This document shows positions 9,487 to 19,005 of a stretch of 64,000 nucleotides of DNA, one piece after another. The DNA is from Candidatus Nanoarchaeia archaeon (GTDB lineage: Archaea; Nanobdellota; Nanobdellia; Tiddalikarchaeales; Tiddalikarchaeaceae), in contig JBAZGS010000006.1 in assembly GCA_041652755.1 (NCBI GenBank), forward strand, positions 6,443 to 70,442, read 5' to 3'. A model generated the notes under the pieces. It did no database searches. It worked only from the letters and a program-made list of their open reading frames with translations, and was not told the DNA's origin. How positions within the stretch are numbered: position 1 is the first letter of the stretch; each line of letters starts with the position of its first letter. Made by a program: the position numbers and the translations under genes.

Positions 9487-10449
9487 TCAAATATTCATCA
9501 CTAAGAGTCTTATTAAATTATCATTCAATAATGCTGTAATTAAAAATGCTAGAAAAAAACTTACTAAAAAAGGTATTCCATCCTTTATTTTTATTGTTTT
9601 AAGCTTGCTTGCTTGCAAAAGTTTTATCTTTTCTTTTGTTAATCCTGGGGCTTTTTTGTTGAACACTTTGTAAACTGAAGGGCTGAAATAAATGCTTATG
9701 AAACTCTTAAAAAGTAAGCTTTTATGGTTTTTTAAAGCGTTTTTTTTCAAATCAAGCAATTCTTTTTCACTTAAGTCATTGTTGTTGCTTATTGTTATTT
9801 TTTTGCTTAATTCTATATCTTGTCTTATCCAGTCACCTTCATCAAGCTTTTTTACATCCTTATTGATTATGGTAATCTTATTTTCAAAAACCTTTATTAT
9901 ATAATATAAACAAAACAAGATTAGCAGCGAAAACAGTATTTTTTCTTTGGCGCCAACGAAAAATATTAATGCAAATAATACTAAGGCAATTAAAAGGATT
10001 ACTGCATGAATTTTTTTCAACTCCTTGTAGGTTTTTGTCTTTAGGAATAAGTAATAAGACCATGCCAGCCCGAAGATTATTCCGCTAAAGAGCGTGTTTA
10101 TTAAAAAATTTGCATAAAAAGGGAATGAAAGCGAGCCAATTGATATGGTGTCAGAGGGAAGGAAAAATAATCCTATGCTTAATGCTGTCAAAAGCTTCAA
10201 GTCTCCTCCTCCCCAAGCACCTGATTTATACAAAATAAGCCCTACCGCAAATGTTGCAATGCTTGCTAAGAGTACTCCTAAAAAAATAACCGTATTTGCA
10301 GTGATTATAAGCTCAAGTATTCTTATTAAGAGAAACAGAGCTCCAAAAGAGTAATTAATGTAATCCCAAACCAGCCTGTATTTTATGTCAAGAATGCTTG
10401 TTATCAATAAATAAACAAATGCTATTAGCAATATTAACTCTTCAATCAT
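9487..10449 (-). CDS. A24-family prepilin/preflagellin peptidase (PibD/FlaK-like) with a long C-terminal extension
   Basis: Aspartate in the first cytoplasmic loop (SILDIKYRLVWD) and the second catalytic motif GAWGGGDLKLL (GxGD-type) after TM helices. Total 320 aa, about 200 aa beyond the peptidase core with extra TM segments. Confidence 0.55.
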   Translation of the reverse strand: MIEELILLIAFVYLLITSILDIKYRLVWDYINYSFGALFLLIRILELIITANTVIFLGVLLASIATFAVGLILYKSGAWGGGDLKLLTALSIGLFFLPSDTISIGSLSFPFYANFLINTLFSGIIFGLAWSYYLFLKTKTYKELKKIHAVILLIALVLFALIFFVGAKEKILFSLLILFCLYYIIKVFENKITIINKDVKKLDEGDWIRQDIELSKKITISNNNDLSEKELLDLKKNALKNHKSLLFKSFISIYFSPSVYKVFNKKAPGLTKEKIKLLQASKLKTIKIKDGIPFLVSFFLAFLITALLNDNLIRLLVMNI

Positions 10450-10523
10450 TGATTAATTCAATGACTTATTTATTTAAATTACTTATTGAAAAATTTTTAA
10501 TAAGGAAAAAGTTAATTATTAAT

Positions 10524-11081
10524 ATGAAATCCGATTTTTTCTATTACTTTTTCATTGCCTTCATTTTTTTAAGGTTTTTTTTAAGCGGAGCATTTTTGGC
10601 AGTCCACACTTTAATAACCTTCTCTGTCCCTTTAATTTATATTATTTACAATAAGCATTACCACATTTTCAAATTTGACATTAATGACACTGTCCAAAGC
10701 ATTCTTTTAAATTCGTTGTTCGGTTTTTTTGCCTGCATAGTTTTACTTTTTGGCTCAGCTTACTTTGGAAACTTCAACTGGGTTAACATTTTTGAGGTAT
10801 CAACTAATTTAATGATTCTGATGCTACTTATAAGCTTCAATTATGAATTGCTTATAAGGTATTTTTTCCAGGGATTTTTTGAAAAAAGATTCGGAGCATT
10901 GATTGGAATAATCATTCCAAGCTTAATAGGAGGATTAATCTTATTGCCTGATTTATTAAGCGCTGGCTCGTTTTTCATTGCAGGATTGTTTTTTGGTTAC
11001 ATTTTCAGCAAAACCAATGATATTTATGGAATTGCAATCGGAGGATTCATGATAAGGGTTGCTATTTCAGTTCTAGCATAG
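10524..11081 (+). CDS. CPBP-family (CAAX protease-like) intramembrane metalloprotease
   Basis: Glu-Glu-x-x-x-Arg-like motif NYELLIRYFFQGF plus downstream helices carrying FxxxH-type residues. Start chosen at ATG 10524 to avoid overlap with the divergent gene; the track ORF begins at 10398. Confidence 0.4.
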   Translation: MKSDFFYYFFIAFIFLRFFLSGAFLAVHTLITFSVPLIYIIYNKHYHIFKFDINDTVQSILLNSLFGFFACIVLLFGSAYFGNFNWVNIFEVSTNLMILMLLISFNYELLIRYFFQGFFEKRFGALIGIIIPSLIGGLILLPDLLSAGSFFIAGLFFGYIFSKTNDIYGIAIGGFMIRVAISVLA

Positions 11082-11113
11082 GTTTTTTAATAAAATGATT
11101 TATTAAAAAATAT

Positions 11114-11881
11114 ATGAATATTATTATTGCAGCAATAGCTGGTTTATTGCAGGGAATTTTTGAGTGGATTCCAATAAGCAGCCAGGGAATTATTTCAATG
11201 TTTTTAGTGCTTACTGGACAAGATTTTTCAAGCGCAGTAAACATTGCTTTGTTTTTGCATGTGGGCACAATGTTTGCAGTCATTAGTTTTTTCAAAGATG
11301 ACATTAAAGGCTTGGTAAAGCCTAAAAACACTAAGGATTTGAATCTTTTATATTTTATACTATCAAGCACTTTTATTTCATTGCTTATTGGAGGGCCAAT
11401 TTATCTGTTTTTGAATTCTGACTCAACTATTTTTTCAAGCGTTAATGTTTTCATAGGAATTATGCTTTTAGTGACTGGAGCTCTTCAAATCATCAGAAAG
11501 AATTTCAGCTTAAGAAAAATGGGCTCTGAAACTAACCTAAATGACGGCTTAATAGTTGGAGCTTCCCAGGGATTATCGGTTATTCCTGGAATAAGCAGGA
11601 GCGGAATCACTGTATTCTCACTTTTACTTAGGGGTTTTAATGCTGATTATGCTTTGAAGCTTAGCTTTTTAATGAGTGTTCCTGTTGTTTTTATTGAATC
11701 AATGTACGAAGCTGTCTTTAAAGGATTCGGCTTTGATTTAAGCTATTTAGTTGCTGCATTAATTGCTTTCTTTGTAGGAAAGCTTACTATTGGTTTTTTC
11801 CTGAAATTTGTTAAAAAAGTTGACTTTTCAGCTTTTTGCATAATACTTGGCTTTTTAAGCATTGTTTCAGCAATATTTTAA
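11114..11881 (+). CDS. uppP: Undecaprenyl-diphosphate phosphatase
   Basis: Signature motifs GIFEWIPISSQG (EWLPISSSGH-type) and PGISRSGIT (PGxSRSGxT). Eight TM helices, 255 aa. Confidence 0.85.
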   Translation: MNIIIAAIAGLLQGIFEWIPISSQGIISMFLVLTGQDFSSAVNIALFLHVGTMFAVISFFKDDIKGLVKPKNTKDLNLLYFILSSTFISLLIGGPIYLFLNSDSTIFSSVNVFIGIMLLVTGALQIIRKNFSLRKMGSETNLNDGLIVGASQGLSVIPGISRSGITVFSLLLRGFNADYALKLSFLMSVPVVFIESMYEAVFKGFGFDLSYLVAALIAFFVGKLTIGFFLKFVKKVDFSAFCIILGFLSIVSAIF

Positions 11882-11906
11882 AACACTATGGCTTTTCTTT
11901 TAAGTT

Positions 11907-12668
11907 ATGTTTTATTTGATTGGAAGCGGCATTAATGGGTACGGCTCAATGCCTATTGAGGGAATAAATGCTTGCAAGGTTAGCGATTACGTTTATCTTG
12001 AAAGGTACACTAACATAATAAGCGATTATGATTTGTTAATGCTTGAGAAATTGATTGGGAAAAAAATAATTGAACTTTCAAGAATTGATTTAGAGACTGG
12101 TTTTGAAAAAAATGTTTTGCCTAAAGCTAGTGATAAAACTGTTTCTTTGATAATTGTAGGAGATCCTTTAAGCGCCACAACTCATATTGAATTCTTAAAG
12201 GAGTGCAAGGAAAAAAGAATTGATTATAAAGTAATCCATGCCAGCAGCATTTATTCAAGCCTGTGCGAAACTGGACTTTTTGTCTATAAGTTTGGCAAAA
12301 GCGCAAGCATTCCTTATCCTGAAAAAAACTATAACCCTACCAGTTTTTTTGACATTGTTGAAAATAATTTTAAGAACAACGCGCATACAATAGTTTTTTT
12401 GGATATAAAGAAAGATTTGGAAAAATATATGAGCATTAATGAAGGCTTAAGCATTCTTTTAAGGATTAGCAAGGAAAAAAAGTCATTTTTAAACAAAAAC
12501 ACCGAAATTATTGGGGTTTCAAGAATGGGTTATGATGACCAAATCATAAAATTCGGAAAAATAAAAGACTTAATAGAGTTTGATTTCAAAAAAAAGCCAC
12601 ACATCCTTATTATTCCTAAGTTAAGCGAGATTGAAAGAGAATATGTTAGCTTTTTGTATGGCAAATAA
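11907..12668 (+). CDS. dph5: Diphthine synthase
   Basis: Tetrapyrrole-methylase-fold N-terminus MFYLIGSGINGYGSMPIEGINACKVSDYVYLERYT (cf. MLYLIGLGL...DVVYLEAYTS) and IIVGDPLSATTH. Length 253 aa. Confidence 0.7.
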   Translation: MFYLIGSGINGYGSMPIEGINACKVSDYVYLERYTNIISDYDLLMLEKLIGKKIIELSRIDLETGFEKNVLPKASDKTVSLIIVGDPLSATTHIEFLKECKEKRIDYKVIHASSIYSSLCETGLFVYKFGKSASIPYPEKNYNPTSFFDIVENNFKNNAHTIVFLDIKKDLEKYMSINEGLSILLRISKEKKSFLNKNTEIIGVSRMGYDDQIIKFGKIKDLIEFDFKKKPHILIIPKLSEIEREYVSFLYGK

Positions 12669-12673
12669 TTTAA

Positions 12674-13354
12674 TTGCCAGACAGCTTTTTCTTATTCATG
12701 AATGAGGAGTTATCCAAGCTTATAAGCCAGGGTTTTTTTCTAAGCGCCAGAAAAATTATAATGGCTGATTTGCTTAACAAGCAGGGATTTGAGTGCTCGG
12801 TTAAGAATAATGAATTTTTTTTAAACCACCCCCAGTTTTCAATCATGATTAATGATTCTTCAAGTGTTCTCATAGGAGATGATTCTTACTTAAATGAAGC
12901 AATTAAGAGCATAAAAAAGGAGAGTTATGAAATGGTTTACAAAGCTATTTGTTCTAAAAAAAAACTGCTGAAAAATGATATGTTTAATTTCATAAATTTA
13001 GAGCTTAATCCATTGATTTTCCAATGCTTTCATGACTTCAAAATTGATTTTTCAAAGATTTCAAAGCGCTTGGAGAAAAAAAATGTTAGCTCAGTTTTTT
13101 CTAAAAATGTTTTCAGCGCTTGGAGAAAAAATACTCACTACAGCATAAAACTTGATGCTGATTATTCAATTAATGATGCTGATTTTTCGCTGGATTTTTT
13201 CAAGCTTAAAAATGATGAGTTGTTCATGGGTTTTCCTTACTCTATAAAATTTATGAGCAATCCATTTAAGGGATTCGTTTACAATGGCAACTTAAAAGAG
13301 TTTAAAGAAATTTCTTATGCTTTAATTGATGAGCTTGCTAAAGAATTCATATGA
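12674..13354 (+). CDS. Hypothetical protein
   Basis: Open frame. Contains an internal 17-nt direct repeat read in two frames. Confidence 0.25.
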   Translation: MPDSFFLFMNEELSKLISQGFFLSARKIIMADLLNKQGFECSVKNNEFFLNHPQFSIMINDSSSVLIGDDSYLNEAIKSIKKESYEMVYKAICSKKKLLKNDMFNFINLELNPLIFQCFHDFKIDFSKISKRLEKKNVSSVFSKNVFSAWRKNTHYSIKLDADYSINDADFSLDFFKLKNDELFMGFPYSIKFMSNPFKGFVYNGNLKEFKEISYALIDELAKEFI

Positions 13355-13958
13355 GAACTTTCAAAAAATCGTCAAATTTTGGGTAAAAATAATCAATATC
13401 CTCAAAGTCTTTATGCTTTCCTGAAATTAGCATTGTTTTCATTCCAATCTCTTTTGCAAGGCTTAAATCCTTCAATTTTTCACTAACAACTAAGCATTCT
13501 TCAGGAAGCAACTTGGAATTAAGCATTGCATTTAAATACATCTTTTTGTTATCTTTTTTAATCTTTAACTTGCTGCTTATTGCTTCATAGTCAAATTCTA
13601 TCTTGTTATATTTTTTTATTGATTCATACCAAGGGTAATAAAAATTGCTGCATAATGCGAAGCTGAAATTAGCTTTAGCTTTGACCAACAGTTTTGGATC
13701 AAATATTATATTAAATGATTTTAAAAATTCTTTTTTTATACTTTTTAATTTCTTCCTTGTTTTTATTTTTTTCAATAAATTGTTCCAGAATATTTTCTCC
13801 GAAATTTTCCCAATTAATAACTTATCATACAAATCTAGTGTGCATAATTTTAGGCTTTGCTCACTGCCTTTAAAATTAAGTATTTTTTTCAATAAAGAAT
13901 ATTCATCTTCAGCGTTTGTAAGCATCACTGTTAAATCGACTATTACCAGCTTGAACAT
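13347..13958 (-). CDS. HAD-like hydrolase-fold protein with degenerate catalytic motifs
   Basis: Motif I-like LVIVDLTVML (DxT instead of DxD), motif II FALCSN, and motif III/IV region VVSEKLKDLSLAKEIGMKTMLI (SEKLKD in place of GDSxND). Confidence 0.35.
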   Translation of the reverse strand: MFKLVIVDLTVMLTNAEDEYSLLKKILNFKGSEQSLKLCTLDLYDKLLIGKISEKIFWNNLLKKIKTRKKLKSIKKEFLKSFNIIFDPKLLVKAKANFSFALCSNFYYPWYESIKKYNKIEFDYEAISSKLKIKKDNKKMYLNAMLNSKLLPEECLVVSEKLKDLSLAKEIGMKTMLISGKHKDFEDIDYFYPKFDDFLKVLI

Positions 13959-14770
13959 GTTATTTCCTTTTTTATTCCTTTTTCTGTTATGAATCCTTGG
14001 ACTAATTCATTGCTTGTTGTGTCAAAGGCAGGATTCCAAATATTAAGCCCTTTAGGAGGATTTTCCCATATTTCGCTTGGGTCCCTGTATTCTATTCTTA
14101 AATTGTCAGTGAACTTGAAAGTTTCAGTGCAGACATAGAAAGGCACTTTATGCTTTTTTGCAATATTTGCCAAAGTATCTGTTCCAATCTTATTAACAAA
14201 ATAATTCTTAGTCAACGCATCGCAACCCACAAATACAATGCTTGGCGGAAAAATCTCAAAAGCTTCAGTCATGCCGCTGTCAATTGTTAAAGTTGTTCTT
14301 ATGCCTAACTCAGTCAAGTCTTTTGCAGTCACTCTTCCTTGAAATAATGGCCTTGCTTCAAAGCATACAACATTAAAATTTTTTCCCTGCTCTTTTGCTT
14401 TCTTTAAAATCCTTATAACTGAGCTGCTATGGCAGTGAGTAAAAATATTCATACCCTCCTTTATCAGGTTAGCACCTAAATCGCTTATTATTTTTTCAGA
14501 ATCCTCTTTTTCTTTTATTAATTTATTAGCTAATTTGACGAAATCCTCTTTTTTCTTGGCATTTCTTATTATGTAATTTATTCCATTAATTAACATTGGC
14601 TCTGTTGGCCTTGCATTAAAAAGCTCTGATTTGGCGAATTCAACATCTTTTTTATAGTCTTTTCCATTTTCAACATGTTTAGCGAAAGCCATTATTCCTT
14701 GCTTTGCAATCGCACTAGCTCCTTGGATGTGAATCTTTTTTATGCCTTCAACCACTTCTTTAAATTTCAT
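13943..14770 (-). CDS. eIF-2B alpha/beta/delta family protein (aIF-2B-like / ribose-1,5-bisphosphate isomerase family)
   Basis: Family blocks IFTHCHSSSV, TIDSGMTEAF, VFVGCDALTKN and NKIGTDTLANIAKKHKVPFYVC. Length 275 aa. Confidence 0.7.
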   Translation of the reverse strand: MKFKEVVEGIKKIHIQGASAIAKQGIMAFAKHVENGKDYKKDVEFAKSELFNARPTEPMLINGINYIIRNAKKKEDFVKLANKLIKEKEDSEKIISDLGANLIKEGMNIFTHCHSSSVIRILKKAKEQGKNFNVVCFEARPLFQGRVTAKDLTELGIRTTLTIDSGMTEAFEIFPPSIVFVGCDALTKNYFVNKIGTDTLANIAKKHKVPFYVCTETFKFTDNLRIEYRDPSEIWENPPKGLNIWNPAFDTTSNELVQGFITEKGIKKEITCSSW

Positions 14771-14830
14771 AATAAAACTTAATTATTGCTGATTTAAAAG
14801 AATTTATGTTAAATAATTCAAAAAAAAAGA

Positions 14831-15109
14831 TTATACATCTACTGTTCTTCTTACATCTGTCACTTCTACACTGTTAACTCCTTCTATTTCTGAAATCTCA
14901 TTTTCTATTGGCTCAGTGCTTCCTTTGCTTTCATCCATTATTGCCATTATTTCTATTGCTTTTAGCCCGAAAGCAACTGGCTTAAGCTCAACTTTTCCTA
15001 CTTCTCCATGCTTTGAAAGAATATCCTTAATTTTTTCAGATAAAGCGTTCAAGTCAATTTCTACAGATTCTGGCATTATGTTAAAAGTTACCACTACTTT
15101 TGATGCCAT
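14831..15109 (-). CDS. Translation elongation factor 1-beta (aEF-1beta)
   Basis: MASKVVVTFNIMPESVEIDLNALSEKIKDIL...AFGLKAIEIMAIMDE matches archaeal EF-1beta. Start set at the internal Met, which abuts the stop of the upstream Zn-ribbon gene (TAAGATGG); the track ORF starts at 15145. Confidence 0.8.
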   Translation of the reverse strand: MASKVVVTFNIMPESVEIDLNALSEKIKDILSKHGEVGKVELKPVAFGLKAIEIMAIMDESKGSTEPIENEISEIEGVNSVEVTDVRRTVDV

Positions 15110-15110
15110 C

Positions 15111-15278
15111 TTAAGGTCCACCTGTTTTGCAATTAGGGCAGACATACTTAATCATTGATTTCCTGCACCTTCCGCACCTAATTATTGTGTTTTTGCAATT
15201 TGGACATTTGAATTCTACGCTATTTTCTCCGCCCACGATTTCATTTTTACATGAGATGCATATTTTCTTTATTGTCAT
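15111..15278 (-). CDS. Small Zn-ribbon protein (COG2888 family) that partners EF-1beta in archaea; 55 aa, absent from the ORF track
   Basis: Hand translation gives MTIKKICISCKNEIVGGENSVEFKCPNCKNTIIRCGRCRKSMIKYVCPNCKTGGP, with four CxxC pairs. It is nearly collinear with M. jannaschii-type MTEKLCSSCGRPL...CPYCG...CSKCRK...CPKCG. The stop abuts the EF-1beta start. Confidence 0.8.
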   Translation of the reverse strand: MTIKKICISCKNEIVGGENSVEFKCPNCKNTIIRCGRCRKSMIKYVCPNCKTGGP

Positions 15279-15319
15279 ATGTTAAATTAGATAAAAGAAT
15301 TGTTTTTAAATCTTGCTGT

Positions 15320-16024
15320 CTAAATAAGCTCAGAATCTATTAACTCAAGCATGTTATTTTTAAGCTCTTCTTCTATTTTTGCATTCTTTTTTATAAGCTC
15401 TTTTGACACTTCTAAATTAATCTTTGATAGTTCCAGCCTTGAATTAGTGCTAGTTTTCATGTATTGCAGTTGCTCTATTACTGAACGCTTGAATTTTCCA
15501 CTCCATAAAAAAGGCCTGATGAATCCTGCTACTCCAGTATCCCCAATGTAATCAGCATCCTGAACTATTTTTAATTCCAAGGGTTTTTTGCCTTTAAATC
15601 CCTCCCTTTTGTCATGGTTTTCTATCAAATAGCAAACTTCTTTGATGAACTCTTCGCTGTGTCCTAATTTTTTAAGCACTGGTTTTGCGAGTTCAGCACT
15701 TAATTTAGGATGCTTATGCCATTCCTCATCCGGATTCTTAGCCCAGCCTTTAATAGTTATCACTTTTTTTATGTCAATTTTTGACTTGCCAATGTCATGA
15801 AATAGGGTTGCTGTCAAGACTTCTTCCTTTTTGACTTTTTCGGGCAATAATTTTATTATCTCTTTTGCGCTTTCAAAAACCCTTAATGTAAAAAAAGTTT
15901 CATCAAGAGGGCCTGAGCAAAAATAATGCCTTTTTTTAAAATACTTGCATGCTATTTGGTATAATTTCTTGTAATCAGGATGTTTGTCAGCTTCATTCAT
16001 AATTACTAAAGAATTAAAAATCAT
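15320..16024 (-). CDS. HD-domain metal-dependent phosphohydrolase
   Basis: LFHDIGK (H-D dyad), HPKLSAELAK, ENHD and VQDADYIG motifs. Confidence 0.7.
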   Translation of the reverse strand: MIFNSLVIMNEADKHPDYKKLYQIACKYFKKRHYFCSGPLDETFFTLRVFESAKEIIKLLPEKVKKEEVLTATLFHDIGKSKIDIKKVITIKGWAKNPDEEWHKHPKLSAELAKPVLKKLGHSEEFIKEVCYLIENHDKREGFKGKKPLELKIVQDADYIGDTGVAGFIRPFLWSGKFKRSVIEQLQYMKTSTNSRLELSKINLEVSKELIKKNAKIEEELKNNMLELIDSELI

Positions 16025-16042
16025 GAAAATAAATAACTATCT

Positions 16043-16393
16043 ATGGAATATAAGCAGGCAATAATACTTCGCACCAATTTAGGCATGGACAAAGGCAAAT
16101 TAGTGAGCCAGGGGGCTCATGCAAGCGTTGCATCAGCTTACAAGACTTTTCAGAAACATCCAGAAATTTTCAGGGAATGGATAGGCAGCATGAAAAAAAT
16201 AGTATTGAAAGTGAGCAGCGAGAAGGAATTGATGGAATTAAAAGTCAAGGCTGCAAAAGCAGGATTAGTTGTAGAATTAATTAGGGATGCTGGAAGGACG
16301 CAAATTGAGCCGGGCTCAATCACTGCACTAGGAATAGGGCCTGATACTGATGAAAAAGTAGATGCAATAATTAATGATTTAAAACTGCTTTAA
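16043..16393 (+). CDS. pth2: Peptidyl-tRNA hydrolase, archaeal/eukaryotic Pth2 type
   Basis: MEYKQAIILRTNLGMDKGKLVSQGAHASV and ITALGIGP are canonical Pth2. Length 116 aa. Confidence 0.9.
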   Translation: MEYKQAIILRTNLGMDKGKLVSQGAHASVASAYKTFQKHPEIFREWIGSMKKIVLKVSSEKELMELKVKAAKAGLVVELIRDAGRTQIEPGSITALGIGPDTDEKVDAIINDLKLL

Positions 16394-16398
16394 GATTA

Positions 16399-17766
16399 TT
16401 ATTCAAATACTTTGTTGATTAATTTTGTTGTTTGATAAGCCATTCTTTCAGATGTTAAAGGATTATCCCTTAACAATACTGACTTCCTTATTTTATTAGC
16501 TGTGTCAAAATCATAAGGCATTCCTTTAAATTTTTCTATAGCATCCATGAAATCAGTTGCTGCCTGTTCAACTGCCCTACTTTTTAGTATTAATTCATCA
16601 TTAGTTTTTGGATAAGGTATATTAATATCTAAAGGCAAAGGCACTAACCTATTATTTTTAATGTCAGTTATTACTTCAGGTATTCCTCCAATATATGAAG
16701 CTATTGTTCTTGTTCCAGCCATTTGAGCTTCAACAACGCTTAATCCTAAAGCTTCGCTTCTTGCAGGGTGCAAATAAATATCTAATAATTGAACTAAAGG
16801 AGTTGTGAATAATCCTGCATAAATTTCTGAATCAGTTATTCCATCATTGCTTAATGAAGATTTGAATGATTCTGAAACTAAGTTATCATATTCTTTTTGC
16901 CCTGTCAAAAATTTTGATATATCAAAGCCTATCCTTATCCTTTTAGAATCAATAAGTTCAGAGCAATTATCTTCAACGTATTTAAAAAAATTAGTCCTGT
17001 CGAGACCGTTGCTTGAAGCAAAAACGAAATAGGTTTCATCATTTTGGGATTCAAGCTTTTCAAGCAAATTCTTGATGATGTCAACCCCTTTTAATTCCTG
17101 CATTCTGCCAACATATCCTATAACTGTTGCTTTTGGACTTATTTTCAAGCACTCTTCCCTCAAAGTAGTTCTTTCATCTACATTTAAAGGAGTATATAAT
17201 TGCTCGTTTACTCCATTCATAACAACATTCATATTTTTATGCATGTTTGGAAAATATTTAAATGACTCTTTAACATGCTCGCTTACACCTATGTTCAAGT
17301 CTATTAATTTATCCTCAAGATAGCCATTCATTCTTTTATAATCATCAGGCCTTCTCATATGCGGACCAAAAGAATACAAGTCGCTTAAGCAATGCCAATG
17401 AGCCATTGTTTTTATGTTAGGAGTCCTTTCTTTCTCAAGCAATCTTGAAGCAGTCATGAAATGAAGATCAACCATTGACTGCCCATCCAATGATCTTATG
17501 CACTCATACATATTGCTCATTGTTTCAGCATTGTTTGTCCCTTTATTTATTCTGACTACATTAATACCTAATGATTCTTTTACTGACTTATCAGCCACTT
17601 CATAAAATGCCTCTTGGCCAGTGACTGGTTTTACTGTTGTTAATAAATAGATGTTAAAATCCTTTTTTTGATATTTTGATAATTCATTTATAACTATTGT
17701 TTGGCCATAAGAATGCTGGTCTATTGGAAAATCATTTTTATCATAAATATGAATCAAGTTCTTCAT
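16399..17766 (-). CDS. GT-B fold glycosyltransferase, family 4-like
   Basis: C-terminal EALGLSVVEAQMAGTRTIASYIGGIPEV is the GT4 E-x7-E region. Length 455 aa. Confidence 0.65.
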   Translation of the reverse strand: MKNLIHIYDKNDFPIDQHSYGQTIVINELSKYQKKDFNIYLLTTVKPVTGQEAFYEVADKSVKESLGINVVRINKGTNNAETMSNMYECIRSLDGQSMVDLHFMTASRLLEKERTPNIKTMAHWHCLSDLYSFGPHMRRPDDYKRMNGYLEDKLIDLNIGVSEHVKESFKYFPNMHKNMNVVMNGVNEQLYTPLNVDERTTLREECLKISPKATVIGYVGRMQELKGVDIIKNLLEKLESQNDETYFVFASSNGLDRTNFFKYVEDNCSELIDSKRIRIGFDISKFLTGQKEYDNLVSESFKSSLSNDGITDSEIYAGLFTTPLVQLLDIYLHPARSEALGLSVVEAQMAGTRTIASYIGGIPEVITDIKNNRLVPLPLDINIPYPKTNDELILKSRAVEQAATDFMDAIEKFKGMPYDFDTANKIRKSVLLRDNPLTSERMAYQTTKLINKVFE

Positions 17767-17872
17767 ACTATATCATGTAATTATTCTTTTTAAAAAGCCT
17801 TTTATTGCCCAATTTAAAGGTATGAAGTGCATATTTGTTGAAACTTTAAAAAATAGGTTAATTGCTTTAATA

Positions 17873-18949
17873 TTACCTTGTTATTTGGAAGCTTAAGACT
17901 TTATCTTTCAAGGCTTTTGCAGCTTTATTGGTTTCAAAATGCTTCCTTACTGGAATTAAGCATTGGTCAATGTAGTCAGCAATGGTAGTTTTTAAGTCCA
18001 TGGGGTGAATCTTTTTAGCAAGGAATAACTCCTTTAATTCTTCATAGCTTTTAATATTTAAGTTGCCTCCAAACTTTTCAGGCCTTTTAACAGTGATTTC
18101 TTTGAATTTTTCAAAAACAATGTATTTTGCGTATTCTAAAATGGGATTATCCTCTTCTTTTCCTTCAGGACAATAAGCTTTTTGGAACTTTCTTATAACA
18201 TCTTCTCTAGAATCAGTCATGAAAATGGCAGTATCAGGCTTTGATTTGCTCATTTTCATTGCAATCTTTCTGTCAATGCCTTCTGCATCTGTTTCTTTGA
18301 ATTGAAGCCCAAGCAGCATGTGATTATGTATTGCTACTGGAGCTTTAAGCCCTAATTTAGGAAACAATTCCCTTGCTAGCATGTTAACCTTTCTTTGATC
18401 TAATCCTAATTGCGCAATATCAACCCCTAATTCTTTCATGTCAGCAGTTTGCATTAAGGGGTAAAGTATTTGACTGCTAGGGTTGCTGGTGCTTTCTTCC
18501 CTTCCCATTATTTGGCTGCATCTAAGAACTCTTTGGACAGTTGCATGAGTGGATAATCTCAGCACTGTTTCCATGTAAGTCGGACTCTTGGTTATTACAT
18601 CACTTGCCCAGACGAATTCAACATTTTTTAAGTCCATCCCGCATGCTTTCCATATTTCTATAAAATATTTGCCAACTGTTTGTATTTTATCCAAATCTCC
18701 CCCCATTTTATTATTAAGCATTGCGAACCAGTCTGCAATATAGAACTTGAACTTAATGCCTAAGCTTGTTAGTTTATTTACATTAATAGCCCTCATTAAA
18801 CCTTGGGCAATATGAAGCTGCCCTGATGGCTCAAATCCATCATAAGCAACAGGATGAGCTTTAGTTTTTAATAAATTAATCAAATCTTCTTCACTTATTA
18901 TTTCTTCAGCAAAGCTCTTAATAATTCTAATCTTTTCATCAACATTCAT
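17873..18949 (-). CDS. tyrS: Tyrosyl-tRNA synthetase, archaeal type
   Basis: AYDGFEPSGQLHIAQG matches archaeal TyrRS IGFEPSGKIHLGH. KMSKS motif present (KMSKSKPD). Length 358 aa. Confidence 0.85.
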   Translation of the reverse strand: MNVDEKIRIIKSFAEEIISEEDLINLLKTKAHPVAYDGFEPSGQLHIAQGLMRAINVNKLTSLGIKFKFYIADWFAMLNNKMGGDLDKIQTVGKYFIEIWKACGMDLKNVEFVWASDVITKSPTYMETVLRLSTHATVQRVLRCSQIMGREESTSNPSSQILYPLMQTADMKELGVDIAQLGLDQRKVNMLARELFPKLGLKAPVAIHNHMLLGLQFKETDAEGIDRKIAMKMSKSKPDTAIFMTDSREDVIRKFQKAYCPEGKEEDNPILEYAKYIVFEKFKEITVKRPEKFGGNLNIKSYEELKELFLAKKIHPMDLKTTIADYIDQCLIPVRKHFETNKAAKALKDKVLSFQITR

Positions 18950-19005
18950 GATAATAACTTATTAATGGATTATTTTAAAGTTTTTTAATTTTTATTTAAG
19001 AAAAA

